Source of the DNA: Rhizodiscina lignyota
Taxonomy: Eukaryota
Length of the DNA: 64,000 nucleotides
NCBI GenBank assembly: GCA_010015805.1
Contig: ML978121.1
Coordinates: 3,472,001-3,536,000, forward strand
Direction of reading: 5' to 3'
Shown here: positions 13,560 through 24,736 of the stretch, piece after piece
Layout: every line of letters starts with the position of its first letter
Numbering within the stretch: the stretch's first letter is position 1
Program-made: the position numbers and the translations under genes
The notes under the pieces: generated by a model
Databases searched by the model: none
The model's input: the letters and a program-made list of their open reading frames with translations, nothing else
Told to the model about the DNA's origin: nothing

Positions 13560-14060
13560 CCCGCTATTTAGTGGTTAGCTAGTATACTATGAATTCTTCG
13601 TAGGATCTTCTTCTCTTATACTGGATATATATTAAGTGTAAAGGCTTATCTTTATTAGCGTCTATAGAAACCTACTTTAAAGGAAGTTAATATTTAGCTA
13701 CTTAGATTATTAAGAGCTACGTAATTTTTATTTTACGAGCTTATAATATGTCCTTTAGATAATTATTAGCTGCTATATATATACGCTTAATTCCTTAAAT
13801 GAAAATACGAGAATTCTAAGTAATATAAAGGCGAAAACGAAAACGAATCCTAATATAAGGTTTAATATAGAACTATTATACTATCTCAGGCAATATAAAA
13901 TGAGTATTATACCGTATTTAATGCTTATTTAGGCAATTAAGATAGCTAAGATAATAACAATAAATGTCTAAAGATAGACTTCTATTAGTCTCATTAATTT
14001 CTACCTAGTAGCGACGAAGAGCGACCTTGCCAAAGACTTAACATTTTCTACTAGGAGTAG
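13560..14060. repeat. AT-rich, TpA-rich block; probable RIP-mutated repeat or transposon relic
   Basis: Abrupt drop in GC, many TA/TAG/CTA words, few CpA/TpG, no ORF. This is the qualitative signature of repeat-induced point mutation. Element family not identifiable. Confidence 0.65.
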
Positions 14061-14106
14061 GTGTGCATGCTATCTATATCGTGACTCAATCTAAGAGCTT
14101 GCTCCC

Positions 14107-15459
14107 TCATATACGCTGGATTCCCAAAATTCCACAGCACGGGTCAAGACTGGAAAGAATAGGTACACACGTAGCTCCATCGCATGGATCGCCGCCATCT
14201 GCGGGAATTGTGCTCACTGCGCCTGTGCCGTCCCCGGGACCATCACAGAGACATGCTGGCGGCGTGCCCGAACATCCCTCAGGACAAGACTGTGGCTCGG
14301 CAGTCGTTGATGGTGCTGCCTCGGTAGGGGTGCAGCCGGCCAGCGATGTACACACTGGCATGTTGGCGAAGACTGGCGTACAGACGTTGCAGTTGTTCGT
14401 GAATGGAGTGCCAAAGGGCGAAGAGGATGTAGTTGACGGAGTAGTAATGAACGTGGACGAGTCTGGCGCGGCCGCTGTGCCAGAACAGACTTGACCGATG
14501 CCAGGAACTCCTGCGTCGCTGCAAACCTCTACTCCACCATTCGTTGTGATGGTTGTCAGTGAGATTGGTGAGGTATTCGATGCTGTCATGGAGGTGACTC
14601 CGCCGACAGGCGAAGGATACGATGTCGTTATGGTCGCGAGACTTGGGTCATCGGGTTCAGGGTTGTCGTTGTTGAGTAAGATGTCTGCAAAGATGAATGG
14701 GATTGTAGTTGTTGTCGTCGCTGTAGAGGCGGAACAAGCATCTGTCGTGAAGGAAGTCGTGGTGCATGTTTCCGTCGTTTCGCCAGAGAGAATGAAGCAC
14801 GAGACTGTGGCGTCGGTGACAGTGGCTGAGGAGCAGCTCGAGGATGAAGTCTCCGACGATTGGGATTCCGATTGGGAATTTGGGTCGTCGTTTCCACCTC
14901 CTCCACCACCTCCTCCTCCGCCTCCTCCTCCTCCTCCTCCGCCGCCGCCGCCGCCGCCACCACCTCCTCCTCCTCCTCCGCCGACAGGAGGTGGAACCGG
15001 AGGGAAATCAATGGGAAGACTTCCAGGATCAAGAGGGACTGCATTTTATTAGCTATTGCAACTCTACTTCGCCAAGGAAACGGACCAGCAACAGCGCCGC
15101 CTGGCCCAACAATGATGGGTATGACGATCCCGTCGCTAGTTGTCGAGGTGGTCCCTTCTGGTACGCCGGATAGCGTCGTTATTGAAAGCTTTGTATGTTC
15201 AGCAAGGTGATTAGAAGGAGGATGTGGAGCATCCACTCACAACATCTGTTATGGTGCTGCCTTGGAAGACGGTAGTGAGCGTAGTGAGAGATGGTGGTTG
15301 CGAAGTAACGTTCGAGAATGGTGCTTGCGAAGTAACATTCGAGAATGGTATTTGCCGCCTGATGACTGTCCTCGGGGAGCCATGCACAAGAGATCCGAGG
15401 CACAGTAGAAGAAATACGAGAGAAAAGGAGAGTGCTTGAATCATGGTGAAAAGGATCAT
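14107..15459 (-). CDS. Secreted Gly/Thr/Cys-rich protein with a 30-Gly run
   Basis: Signal peptide MIQALSFSLVFLLLCLGSLVHG (ATG at 15459 or 15444). Introns about 15189-15240 (GTGAGT...AAG) and 15039-15085 (GTCCGT...GCTAAT...CAG) give one frame through VPPPV-G30-NDDPN, a Thr/Cys-rich linker and the Cys-rich 14107-14589 ORF. Confidence 0.75.
14893..14983. repeat. (CCN)30 trinucleotide tract, read as poly-Gly on the minus strand
   Basis: Run of CCT/CCG/CCA triplets seen directly in the sequence. Confidence 0.95.
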
Positions 15460-16379
15460 GCCGCGAGAAAGTACGGCATTGCTTGGAGATATGAAAGAAA
15501 GCAAGAACTTTGGAGCGTTAGTAGATTGGGTTGTGTAGCAGAAATAATAAATAGTCCATGGCTAACAGGTGAACGTTAGGTGGGTTATTTGTGCGCTTCT
15601 CGAATCTCACTGCCTGAGTACAGTTTAGACCTGGACCCCATTTTGGGCCGAGATCTTGCGCTTCCAAATGACACGGTCGGATCCAAAGCGATTCATGGCG
15701 ATGGCCAATTTTATTTTTGTAGAAGTGGGATGCTGCTCTTGCGTTTTGCCTTTGCCAAATCAGGAAAGCACATGCGCGCGGAGTACAAGCAAGGTATGAG
15801 CTTAACCTTATCTCAGTGGGCGCAGCACTCTAAATGCAGGCTCAGCTCCGGCGACTGCTCGCTCAACGAACTCCATATTGAAACTCAAATTTCACTGTCT
15901 CATGTCAGAGCACTCGTAGTGTCCCATTTCCAGCGTGCGTTTCGGTGGGAAACCTAGTGGGGGTCACGTTTCTATGGCGTATCCGTTACGCCGATGTCCC
16001 ACGTGCGCTGATGTCCTACGTGCGCTGGTGTTGTCTTAGCTAAGGTAGCCATCCATTGTCTTCGAACATCAGCGCGCTGACTCGCAAGAATTTCTTAATT
16101 TTAGTTCTTGAGATGACAAAATGGATACGCTACCATACGGTGAGCAGTGGATAGTATATGGTACCGTTGCCCCTTAACGTGCTCGAACTCTTGCACGAGA
16201 ACTCACTATGACAATCGCCCTGCTTTCGTCCTCTGTTCAAGCCCTTCATATTTCATTCTCATCTTCCTCTCTCGTTCTGGTCTAATTCTGCTGCTTCTTA
16301 CGCTCATTCTTGTTGTGATATATACGTTTCCCCTCACAGAACCATTCTCCTTGCACGGTTAGCAGTCAAGTCGGTCGAG

Positions 16380-17391
16380 ATGGTTCGCATTGGTGCTACC
16401 GTCGCGCTAGTCGCTGCCGTACTCGGCGGCTCCAGCGCCCTCACTCCGGTTCCAAGTGCATACACCTTGGATCCATCTTGCCCCTCGGAGGTGCAAGATG
16501 GTCTCAACGAAGCAATCGAGCTGGCCAGCCAAGCGAGCGCGCTCTTGAAAACCAGTCCTGACCCTTTTGGAAACGGCGCCGATCCCAACAACCCAGGTCC
16601 GCCACCATTCTTTTATACACCACTCCGAGCCCTTTTTTGGGGTGACGGGCAGCAGACCAACACAGCAGCCATAACTAGTAAGCCCACTTGGTGTTTAGTC
16701 CGATAGGCACGAGTTGATGGTGATGAAACAGAGATATACGACAATATTGTTAATGGTGGCTCCGAAATCTTCATTACTTGCAACGATCTGCAAAGCCAGT
16801 GCGCAATCCGAAACAGATTCGCCCATGGCACGTTTATAAACAAGGACAAGACAAACACTCTCGCACCATTCTTCGACCAGTTGATTGCGTCAGGGTTCCG
16901 GCAGGACTATACCATTATAGTCTGTCCTGCCACTTTTGACGGGTCCGATTCAAGCAAATTTCACTTCCCGCTCAGCTCTAGAAGCCCGACGGCTGGCGCA
17001 TCCTTGGATGACTTTAGCACGTCGTTTGCCGGCTTAATGTTGCATGAGCTGACACACGCGTACGGGACGCTGGACTTTTTGAACCAGAGGTATGGCTATG
17101 GCATGAGGCAAGCCAACAACCTGCGTGCGGATGAGCAAAAAGGTGTTGCAGCGGCTAACCAGGTCCTGCCGCCTGGCATTAACGGACGATTTGACAAGAC
17201 CGCTCCAACAGCCAAGCTTAACGCTGACTCGTACATGTTTTTCGCTATGGGTATGTTTAGACTCCCGACTTGTTGAAACGGTTTTGCTGACTCCCGAGGA
17301 CGTAGGAATAAGCCAAGATTTAACCAATCCTCCGATGAGAAACTTTGACTGGAGCCGAAAAGGTGTTGCTGTTAATATTGCGAATCCATGA
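16380..17391 (+). CDS. Secreted zinc metallopeptidase, M35/aspzincin (deuterolysin / Lys-specific endopeptidase)-like
   Basis: Signal peptide. Introns 16678-16731 and 17251-17305 join three exons in frame. Motifs IIVCP, LHELTH (HExxH) followed by GTLD, and NADSY. Confidence 0.82.
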
Positions 17392-17399
17392 GCATGATG

Positions 17400-17760
17400 T
17401 ATCGTAAAGCGATTTTAGTAGATTTAGTGTTCATTTCGCGTCGAGACGCATGCTTAAGTTTTAGTGCTTAGTCGTGCCTATAACCGAGCTCGTAAAGCTC
17501 TATGCTATCTACTAGACCTTTAAAGGTAACCTCCTAGTTATTAGCATCCTAGGTATGTGAAAGGTAGCGTAACTTAGAGTAGTACTCGTAACGAACCGGG
17601 TTAAGACGGGTTTAGCTTTACTGTTATATTGTAAGATACTATATATATACAAATAATATTAGTATATATATAGTATAAAACATGCCTTAAGGATCTCTAA
17701 GGATATAATATACGTAAATAACTATTACTATTTCTAGTAACATCAAGACATAGATTAGTA
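17400..17760. repeat. Second AT-rich, TpA-rich block; probable RIP-mutated relic
   Basis: TA/TAG-rich, ORF-less segment immediately after the metalloprotease stop codon. Confidence 0.6.
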
Positions 17761-19295
17761 TCCATGTGTTCACCTATAGAACCCCGAGATACGACTTGGC
17801 TCGAGTTTGTATGGTCCGTGTCTTATGTCAGAAAGTTCTCTCTAGCTGCCCTCTACACTTGTTTCTCGCAAGACTTCGCAAGGAGCTTGCAGTTTATGCA
17901 ACCTTGCTAACCCTTTAAGACATCGAATTTTGCCGCCATATCGCGATGCCTCCGGTCACCGCCGAGCAGGGCTATTACAACAGAAGCGTAGCCTTGCGTC
18001 ACTTCTCGATGACATGTATTTTTCTGATTCATGGTGCGCTACCTTGAGAAGTATATTGCGTCGAAAACGTTGTTTGAATGCTCTTTATACCGAATTTACA
18101 CTTCGACTCGTAATTCTACAAAACTCTGTTCACTGCTAATATTTCCGCAATTCCGGAACCCCGCAAGTGGATCATATGTCTAGGCGCTGAAAGTCACGTA
18201 TGGCATTTCTCGAGTCCACATGTTGCACAACATACGTAATCTTGGCAGGCACAATTCATCAAATGCCCTCAATCACGACACGTTTGTATCATCTTTCAAC
18301 ACTTCACAGTTCCTTGACGACTACGAAGTGTGTAAGCGCCAGCCAATCGTCAAGGAGGCCTGCAAAGACTGGTGACGTGTCGAATACACTTTAGCGAATC
18401 CGACATCCACTGAAAGCGCCGACAGATGCCTATGCGTGGTTAAGAATAAGGAGCAGAATGAACCCAGTCACTAACGAATGGAATTGAATCTCGCCATAGG
18501 GTCTTAAGACTCCATAGCAGCACATGCACTGGGAATGCTACTGAAAACAAGTCTTAAAAGAAGAGAGTGATCACAATCCCGACGACCTGTAAAGCATTCT
18601 ACTGGATTTGAGGCCCTTGCTATCAAGCACGATGGGTATGACATTTATAAGGGGGTGGCATGGCGTTGCGGAGTCGGAAGCCTGCCAGCACCTGCATGAT
18701 GAGAGATTTCTCGAACTGGCTGTGAACGCTGGTTTATGCTGGTTACCTGAAGCGCATATAAGGATGCCCTTTGCAAAGTTCAACTGAATGCACCTTTCTC
18801 GAAATATCAGATCAATCCAGCTTTATATATTTATTTCTGAAAATGCGACATCTAACTCTTTATATAACTACGACATCTACTTTCAATATACTATTGCGAA
18901 CTCGGAATAGCCACGTGGCTTCGCTTCCACTCGTCGGCCATTAATATATAAAAGTTTCTTCGTGCTCATACGCACTTCAATCGACCAAGTTATGGCGGAG
19001 TTACGTGAGTGAAAAGAGTATCATGAGGACGAAAGTCGGAATCAGCTGGCTCAAGCCACTCAGCCTCCATGTGGAAATCGAGGGGGGCGGGCCTCCGATT
19101 GGCCACGGTCCCGCAAAAGTACTCGAGGCTCGCGGACGCTATCAGCACCCCACACAGCTCCCAACACCGATCTCTCCACAATTGTAAATACATCTCTTCC
19201 AAAGCATTGCATCCGACAACTGACAATCGGCTTCAAGTTACACACAGCGACTACAGGTCCCGTCCTTCTATTCACACTTGCGCGAACAGGGCGCG

Positions 19296-22200
19296 ATGGA
19301 GGCCGTTGTCGCTTCCCCGCCGCCAGCGGCTGTTGGCGGCGACGGTTCGAAGCACACGCGCACCTATCAAGCTTGGTATGGCAAGATCCATTGTTGCACC
19401 GACCATCCTTCACGCAGTTCTGCTAACTTGAGCCGCAGCATCCCGTGCCGTCGTCGGAAAGTGCGCTGCGATATGGGTCCGGTCGACGCACCACACGAAC
19501 CCCCGTGCCTGCGATGCCGCCGCGAGAGCAAAGACTGCTACTTCTCATCCACTCGGAGAAAACGCAAGCAGGCAGATGGCAGTGATGAGCAGGAGGAGGA
19601 GGCTGATGTGAAATACGAGGAGAACAATCGCAGAAAGTTGGCGAGATCCGAGCCCCGGTCGGAAGTGACTCCCACGAGACACCCGCAGATACAGCCGAAT
19701 GGATATAGCGCACAGGAGAATAGTGGTGGACATCCACCACTCACTCCAAACGGATCTGTCGGCCGTTTCGAGCCACTACGTCGGCCACACACCAGGGTGG
19801 AGCCTAAGGTCGAGGAGGACGAGGCGACAGTGGACCAGTCTATTTCGCATCTGCAGAAGGGAGAGATCTTCGGCGGCCACGACGCATTGAATCTCCTAGC
19901 TAGTGCTGCGCGCTCAAATGGAGATATGCCTCTCCACCGTGCAGGAAGCTCTGGTAGCATGGCTCGTCCGGGCACTGCGGGCCACACACCTGCATCTTTC
20001 GCCAGCTTCAATAGCCCTCAAGGTTTCCCCCCAGCTACTCGCAATGTGGCGGAATTTCACCACGGCCCTCATGCCGACCCCTCTACATCAGCAACTATCA
20101 ACGGATCTGCCATCGAAGAGTCTGGAGTCGAGCAGGCGATCCAGGCGTGGAATGCCTTCAAGTTCGTTCGAAGTGGATGGTTCACAGCGCAAGAGGGCAT
20201 TGCATACATCGACTACTTTTACAAGTATGTCGCACCGCTGACGCCTATTGTTCTGCCGAACTTCCGCGACCCAGCGTCGCACGACCGTCTCCTCTCTACT
20301 GAACCAGTTCTTGCACTTACAATCCTTTCGATCTCATCCCGTTTCATGAAACTGGAGGGCCCGGGAGCAGACTCACGCCCGCCAAAGATTCACGATGAAA
20401 TTTGGACCTATCTGAAAGGCATGATCCATCGAATTCATTGGGGCCAAGAAAAGTTCGGTGCCAACTTCGTGGGAACGGGCGCACAACCTCTGTCTGATGT
20501 CAATCCTCTCACTCGAAAAGGCCTACGCACTCTAGGTACGATTGAGGGCTTGATGTTGTTGACTGAGTGGCACCCGCGTGACTTGCATTTTCCCGCCGAT
20601 GCCGATGACAATGAGCTCATGGCTCCCAATGGATTCTTGCGTCAATCCTCTGCTCCGTCTCTAACTACTGGTGGAACTCTCAGAATTGATAATTGGCTCG
20701 AGCCATGCTGGCGCAGCGACCGGCTCTGTTGGATGCTTCTCGGAGATGCCATGTCCCTTGCAATGGAGATTGGTGTCTTTGACGACACAAGTCAGAAGAT
20801 GTTCCAGCAGGAGAATCAACAAATGGATCCCAAGGCAGTCAAAGATTACTATACCCGTAAAGGCCATCTCAAGGATCTGCTTGGTATATATATCACTCAA
20901 ACCGCCGGTCGTCTCGGCCTCACCTCCATGCTCCCTCACAAATATCTGGAAGACTGTTTCGAGGGGACTCCGGAGGAGCGTTTGCAGGCTCGAATCCGAA
21001 GACAGTCTTTCACGACTGTGAGCTCTCAGGGCGCTTCGCCTGCTACCGTTCATCAGCCAATGCCACTTAGCTCAACGGAGATGGTGTTGCATTTCTGGAC
21101 CGACCTTGCATCCATCATGCATGACGGAAACAAGCGCATGTTTCCAAACCGTATAGTGACACGGGAACTCATCCGCAAAGGAGAGTATCTGAAATTGATA
21201 AGGGATTTTCAACCTCAGCTTGCGCACTGGCGTCGTGAATTCGACAGGTGCAAGATAAGTAAGTGGATAAGATCTTCGCGTGCTTGGAGCTTCGTTAACG
21301 CAGTGTAGTCCCGATTCACATGCAGCATATTATGAATATCGAATACGAATATGCACGCGTATATCTCAATGGTCTGGCACTCCAAGCAGTCATTGAGCGA
21401 TGCATCCACAACAGTCCCACTCGTGTGCACGCTCAGCTGGGCCTTCCGCATGCGGTCGACACGTCTGCCTCTGCGGAGAAGGAAACAATCCCTGCGTCGG
21501 TTTTGACAAAGTGGATTGGTAACGATCGCCCATATATAGCGGAGATCATCGATGCGTGCCGCAACGTTCTGCGCATTGTGGACAAGTTGTATCCGGAGGA
21601 CTACTTGAAGCATGTGCCTGTGCGCACGTACTTCAGAATCATCTCTATTGTAATGATTCTTCTCAAAGTGTGTAGAGCTGACTCCACTATAATATGTAGG
21701 TATTTCTCTAACATAGCGCAGACGTTGGCGTTTGGAGGCCTCGAGGACGACATTATCCTCTCCCTCAGTCTGCTGGAGAAGGCAGTCAATTGCATGCGCA
21801 CTTCAGTCGTTGATGACATCCATGTCATCAAGTCCTTCTGTGACCTCTGCGACACGCTCCAGAAGCGCACCAAGGCGCAACTAGTCCGTATGCATGCGAA
21901 TGGCAACGGTAGATCTCGCGGCCATTCAAAATCTCCGTCTGTACCCACGACACAGGCCACAGCTGCGGCTGGTGCTCCAAGCAGTGAATGGACAACTACA
22001 AATGGGACTTTCCCGCGGCAACAGAATTATTATACCGCCCCTAGCAACGGCTTCTCTCAGGCTCAGTACTCCAACAACATATCTGCAACCTCTAACCGGA
22101 TGGTCCACGATCAACGCGGTGCCAACCCTGCGCTTTACGGCATCTCGACAGAAACCTATGACCCGGATACCAATAATATGACTGTTATGCCACCACCAAC

Positions 22201-22423
22201 TTTTGGTGACGGCAGTACCAACTACGAGCTCGCAAATGACGGCTTCGGGTTCGACAACGACTCCAATCCGTACTGGCTCGCTCTCCCCCTGGATTCGTTG
22301 GTCGAACACCGTGGTACGGATGTGACGCAGACAACTTATGGTCCTGACATCGGCGGTGTGGATCTCTTGGATGTCTTGCTCCAGGGTCAACCGGGCGCAG
22401 GGCCATTCGGAGGAATGCCTTAA
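19296..22423 (+). CDS. aro80: Zn2Cys6 transcription factor, Aro80-like
   Basis: After splicing intron 19376-19438: [39 protein letters not shown]. Middle region has LRTLGTIEGLMLLTEWHPR and RSDRLCWMLLG. Further introns 21259-21308 and 21668-21721. Confidence 0.8.
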
Positions 22424-23126
22424 CCAAGGTATATACCCTACATTATCATTATATTGCCTTCGGGCACCCCGACAATAATCCGCATCGAGAATGGAGCAAC
22501 ACTGTCGGACGTTACCTCCTGTCGGCCGGCGGATTTCTTACTGACGTGCTCTGGCTATATATCAGTCCGGCTTGTATCTTGGTTCGGTGGCAACCGAGAA
22601 GAACCTGGCTTCACCCATTCCCCTTGGACGGGCGATGAGTGAACAATCTTGCGGTTTGATTTCCTATGTCCTTTGGTTTCCTTCCCTTCTCGCGAATACC
22701 CCACCATGGCTTGGACAAACTCTTTCTTTCCCAAATTCATGTCGATAATTCGAAACTTCCACTTTGGGGGCGACGAACGATTGGTTGAAGGGTGTTTAAT
22801 TGGGTACTCTGGTCCCGAGTTTTCTTTCCTTGTATTTCAGCGAAAGGCAGTTCCTGCACAAGCGGGAAAGTGGTGTTTGGCGATAATTACGACTTGGACG
22901 AGGCTACGATGTATATTCACGATGGCGAAGAACCTCATACTGAATTGTATTGCGGTTCCATCAATGCTCTTGCACTGCCTTTTAATTTCACTTGGCCCAA
23001 ACTTCAAATAGATCTTACTCTGTACGATGGTGATGGGTTTGTGTAGCTTAGGTAGCTCAGGCGTGTTAGGCTCACTAATTCCTGGAATGAGATGAAAACG
23101 GTATAACTCAACAACTTCGTGTCATT

Positions 23127-24344
23127 TTATTCTACTCGTCTAGGTGCCTCTCGAATCTGAAGTCGATCTTTCATCCATCCCGGGATGAACGGCTTTATCC
23201 TGATACGTTTCTCGCCCTCTTGAGCGTCTACCTCGAACTCGTCACCGGGCTTGTATGTCCCGCCCTCAGCCGTCAACTGCACGTCTGTCATCATCTCCAG
23301 TCTGCAAAGACCTAACCCAACGTTCCCCACGCCAGCTAAGAATTTTCCTGCACTGCGCACCTTTCCTTGCGCTTTCTTAATGTTTGCGCCCGTGAGAGCG
23401 ACGCCGCCTGCCCAGTCCTCGCGATACGCCAACTCCTCCGGCGCTGCATCGCTAGCATCGTACAGCTGCACAGGGAGTATCCGCTTCCTCACGACGCCAG
23501 TATGATGTGTCCGGATCGTCAATTCCTGCCCAACGTAGCACCCCTTCTTGAAATCGATGCCGTTCATAAAGTCAATATCGCTCTCTTGCGGAAGCGCAGA
23601 CTCGCGTAGGATTTCAGCTTGGCCTTCTGGGATGCCATGGAGGTAGCGCCGGAGCGTGTATGTGGGGATGTCAGTTTCTGTGAGGGAGTCTGGCATGCCC
23701 GTTTGCGCGAGCGCTTCGAGTCTGGATGTGGTTGAAGGGAGGAGGATGCGATGGCCGAAGTTTGGCACGCGAGGGTCGGCAAGGGTGATTGGATGGGTCG
23801 GATCTGGAACAGTTTGGGTCGTACTGCTACTTGGAGATAGGGGAGACGTTCGCGCAAAGTCGTCCCATGCAGCGAAGACGCTCCATTCGCCTTCGTCCAC
23901 CGCGCGGATGGTGACTTTGCTCCGCAGCTTGTGCCGCTTCAAGTGTTTAACCAGACTCTCCACTTCTCCAGCATCCACTTCTATAAAGCAACTCCAATCA
24001 CCCTCGTCCCGCCCTTTCCCTGTGCTGCTCCCAGAATCGAGCCAGCCTTTGTATTGCCGAGACCATGATGTCGGATATATGAACACGTCCCACAATACTC
24101 TTCCCTGCGCTGTCAGGAATGCAGAATACCATCCGCTTGTCCATGATGGGTGTAGGTTATTCGTCGTCAGGCCAAAGAGGAATTTCGGTGCGTCAGGGCC
24201 GTGGAGGGAAACGAGTCGGCGATTTGTGAGGCGCGCGATGCCAGACCTTGGGGGTTGTGGTGGAAGAGTAGTACCGTAGGCGCGACGGAGGGAGAGGAGG
24301 CATCGTGTACATAGAGTCGGCCGACGGGGTATTATGCCTCTCAT
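23127..24344 (-). CDS. iba57: Mitochondrial Fe-S assembly factor Iba57/Caf17 (YgfZ/GcvT family)
   Basis: Arg-rich presequence, FLTAQGRVLWD, and the YgfZ signature IDFKKGCYVGQELTIRTHHTG. Confidence 0.93.
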   Translation of the reverse strand: MRGIIPRRPTLCTRCLLSLRRAYGTTLPPQPPRSGIARLTNRRLVSLHGPDAPKFLFGLTTNNLHPSWTSGWYSAFLTAQGRVLWDVFIYPTSWSRQYKGWLDSGSSTGKGRDEGDWSCFIEVDAGEVESLVKHLKRHKLRSKVTIRAVDEGEWSVFAAWDDFARTSPLSPSSSTTQTVPDPTHPITLADPRVPNFGHRILLPSTTSRLEALAQTGMPDSLTETDIPTYTLRRYLHGIPEGQAEILRESALPQESDIDFMNGIDFKKGCYVGQELTIRTHHTGVVRKRILPVQLYDASDAAPEELAYREDWAGGVALTGANIKKAQGKVRSAGKFLAGVGNVGLGLCRLEMMTDVQLTAEGGTYKPGDEFEVDAQEGEKRIRIKPFIPGWMKDRLQIREAPRRVE

Positions 24345-24736
24345 GGTGGTGATGTGATTGAAGTTGAAGGGAATTGGCGGATATCAAAATGTCAAGACCC
24401 ACCGAGAATGACGTCCACGTGCATCCATGCAGGGACCTGACTGTGTAACCGTGGGGAAGCTCTTCACCACCGCTCGTTACATGTACTTTATTACTCTACT
24501 TCACTGCCCACCGTCCTTCACCATATGTTCCAAAACCCCATCGTGACTTTGAGTTAGCCGTTCCCTGCTGTCATTAACCAAACCGCTTCATTCGTTCAGT
24601 GTAACCGCTTCTGCTTTCCCCGCGTTGCCTGAGTGTCCATGGTTTGAGACTTTCATTGCACGTTTCTGTAACATGTCATTTTCAATATATGTCTGATACG
24701 CGCAATACATTGTCATATACTTCGCATTTATCAGTC

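Noticed and set aside
14498..15052. + strand ORF with 30 prolines (formin/extensin-like)
   Set aside because: Antisense shadow of the minus-strand gene, which has a signal peptide and canonical introns.
17636..17676. 15-bp perfect inverted repeat (ATACTATATATATAC / GTATATATATAGTAT)
   Set aside because: Mostly (TA)n low complexity inside a RIP-like block, so easily produced by chance.
13500..17800. Intact transposon or Starship element
   Set aside because: No transposase or tyrosine-recombinase ORF, TIRs, LTRs or target-site duplication could be identified.
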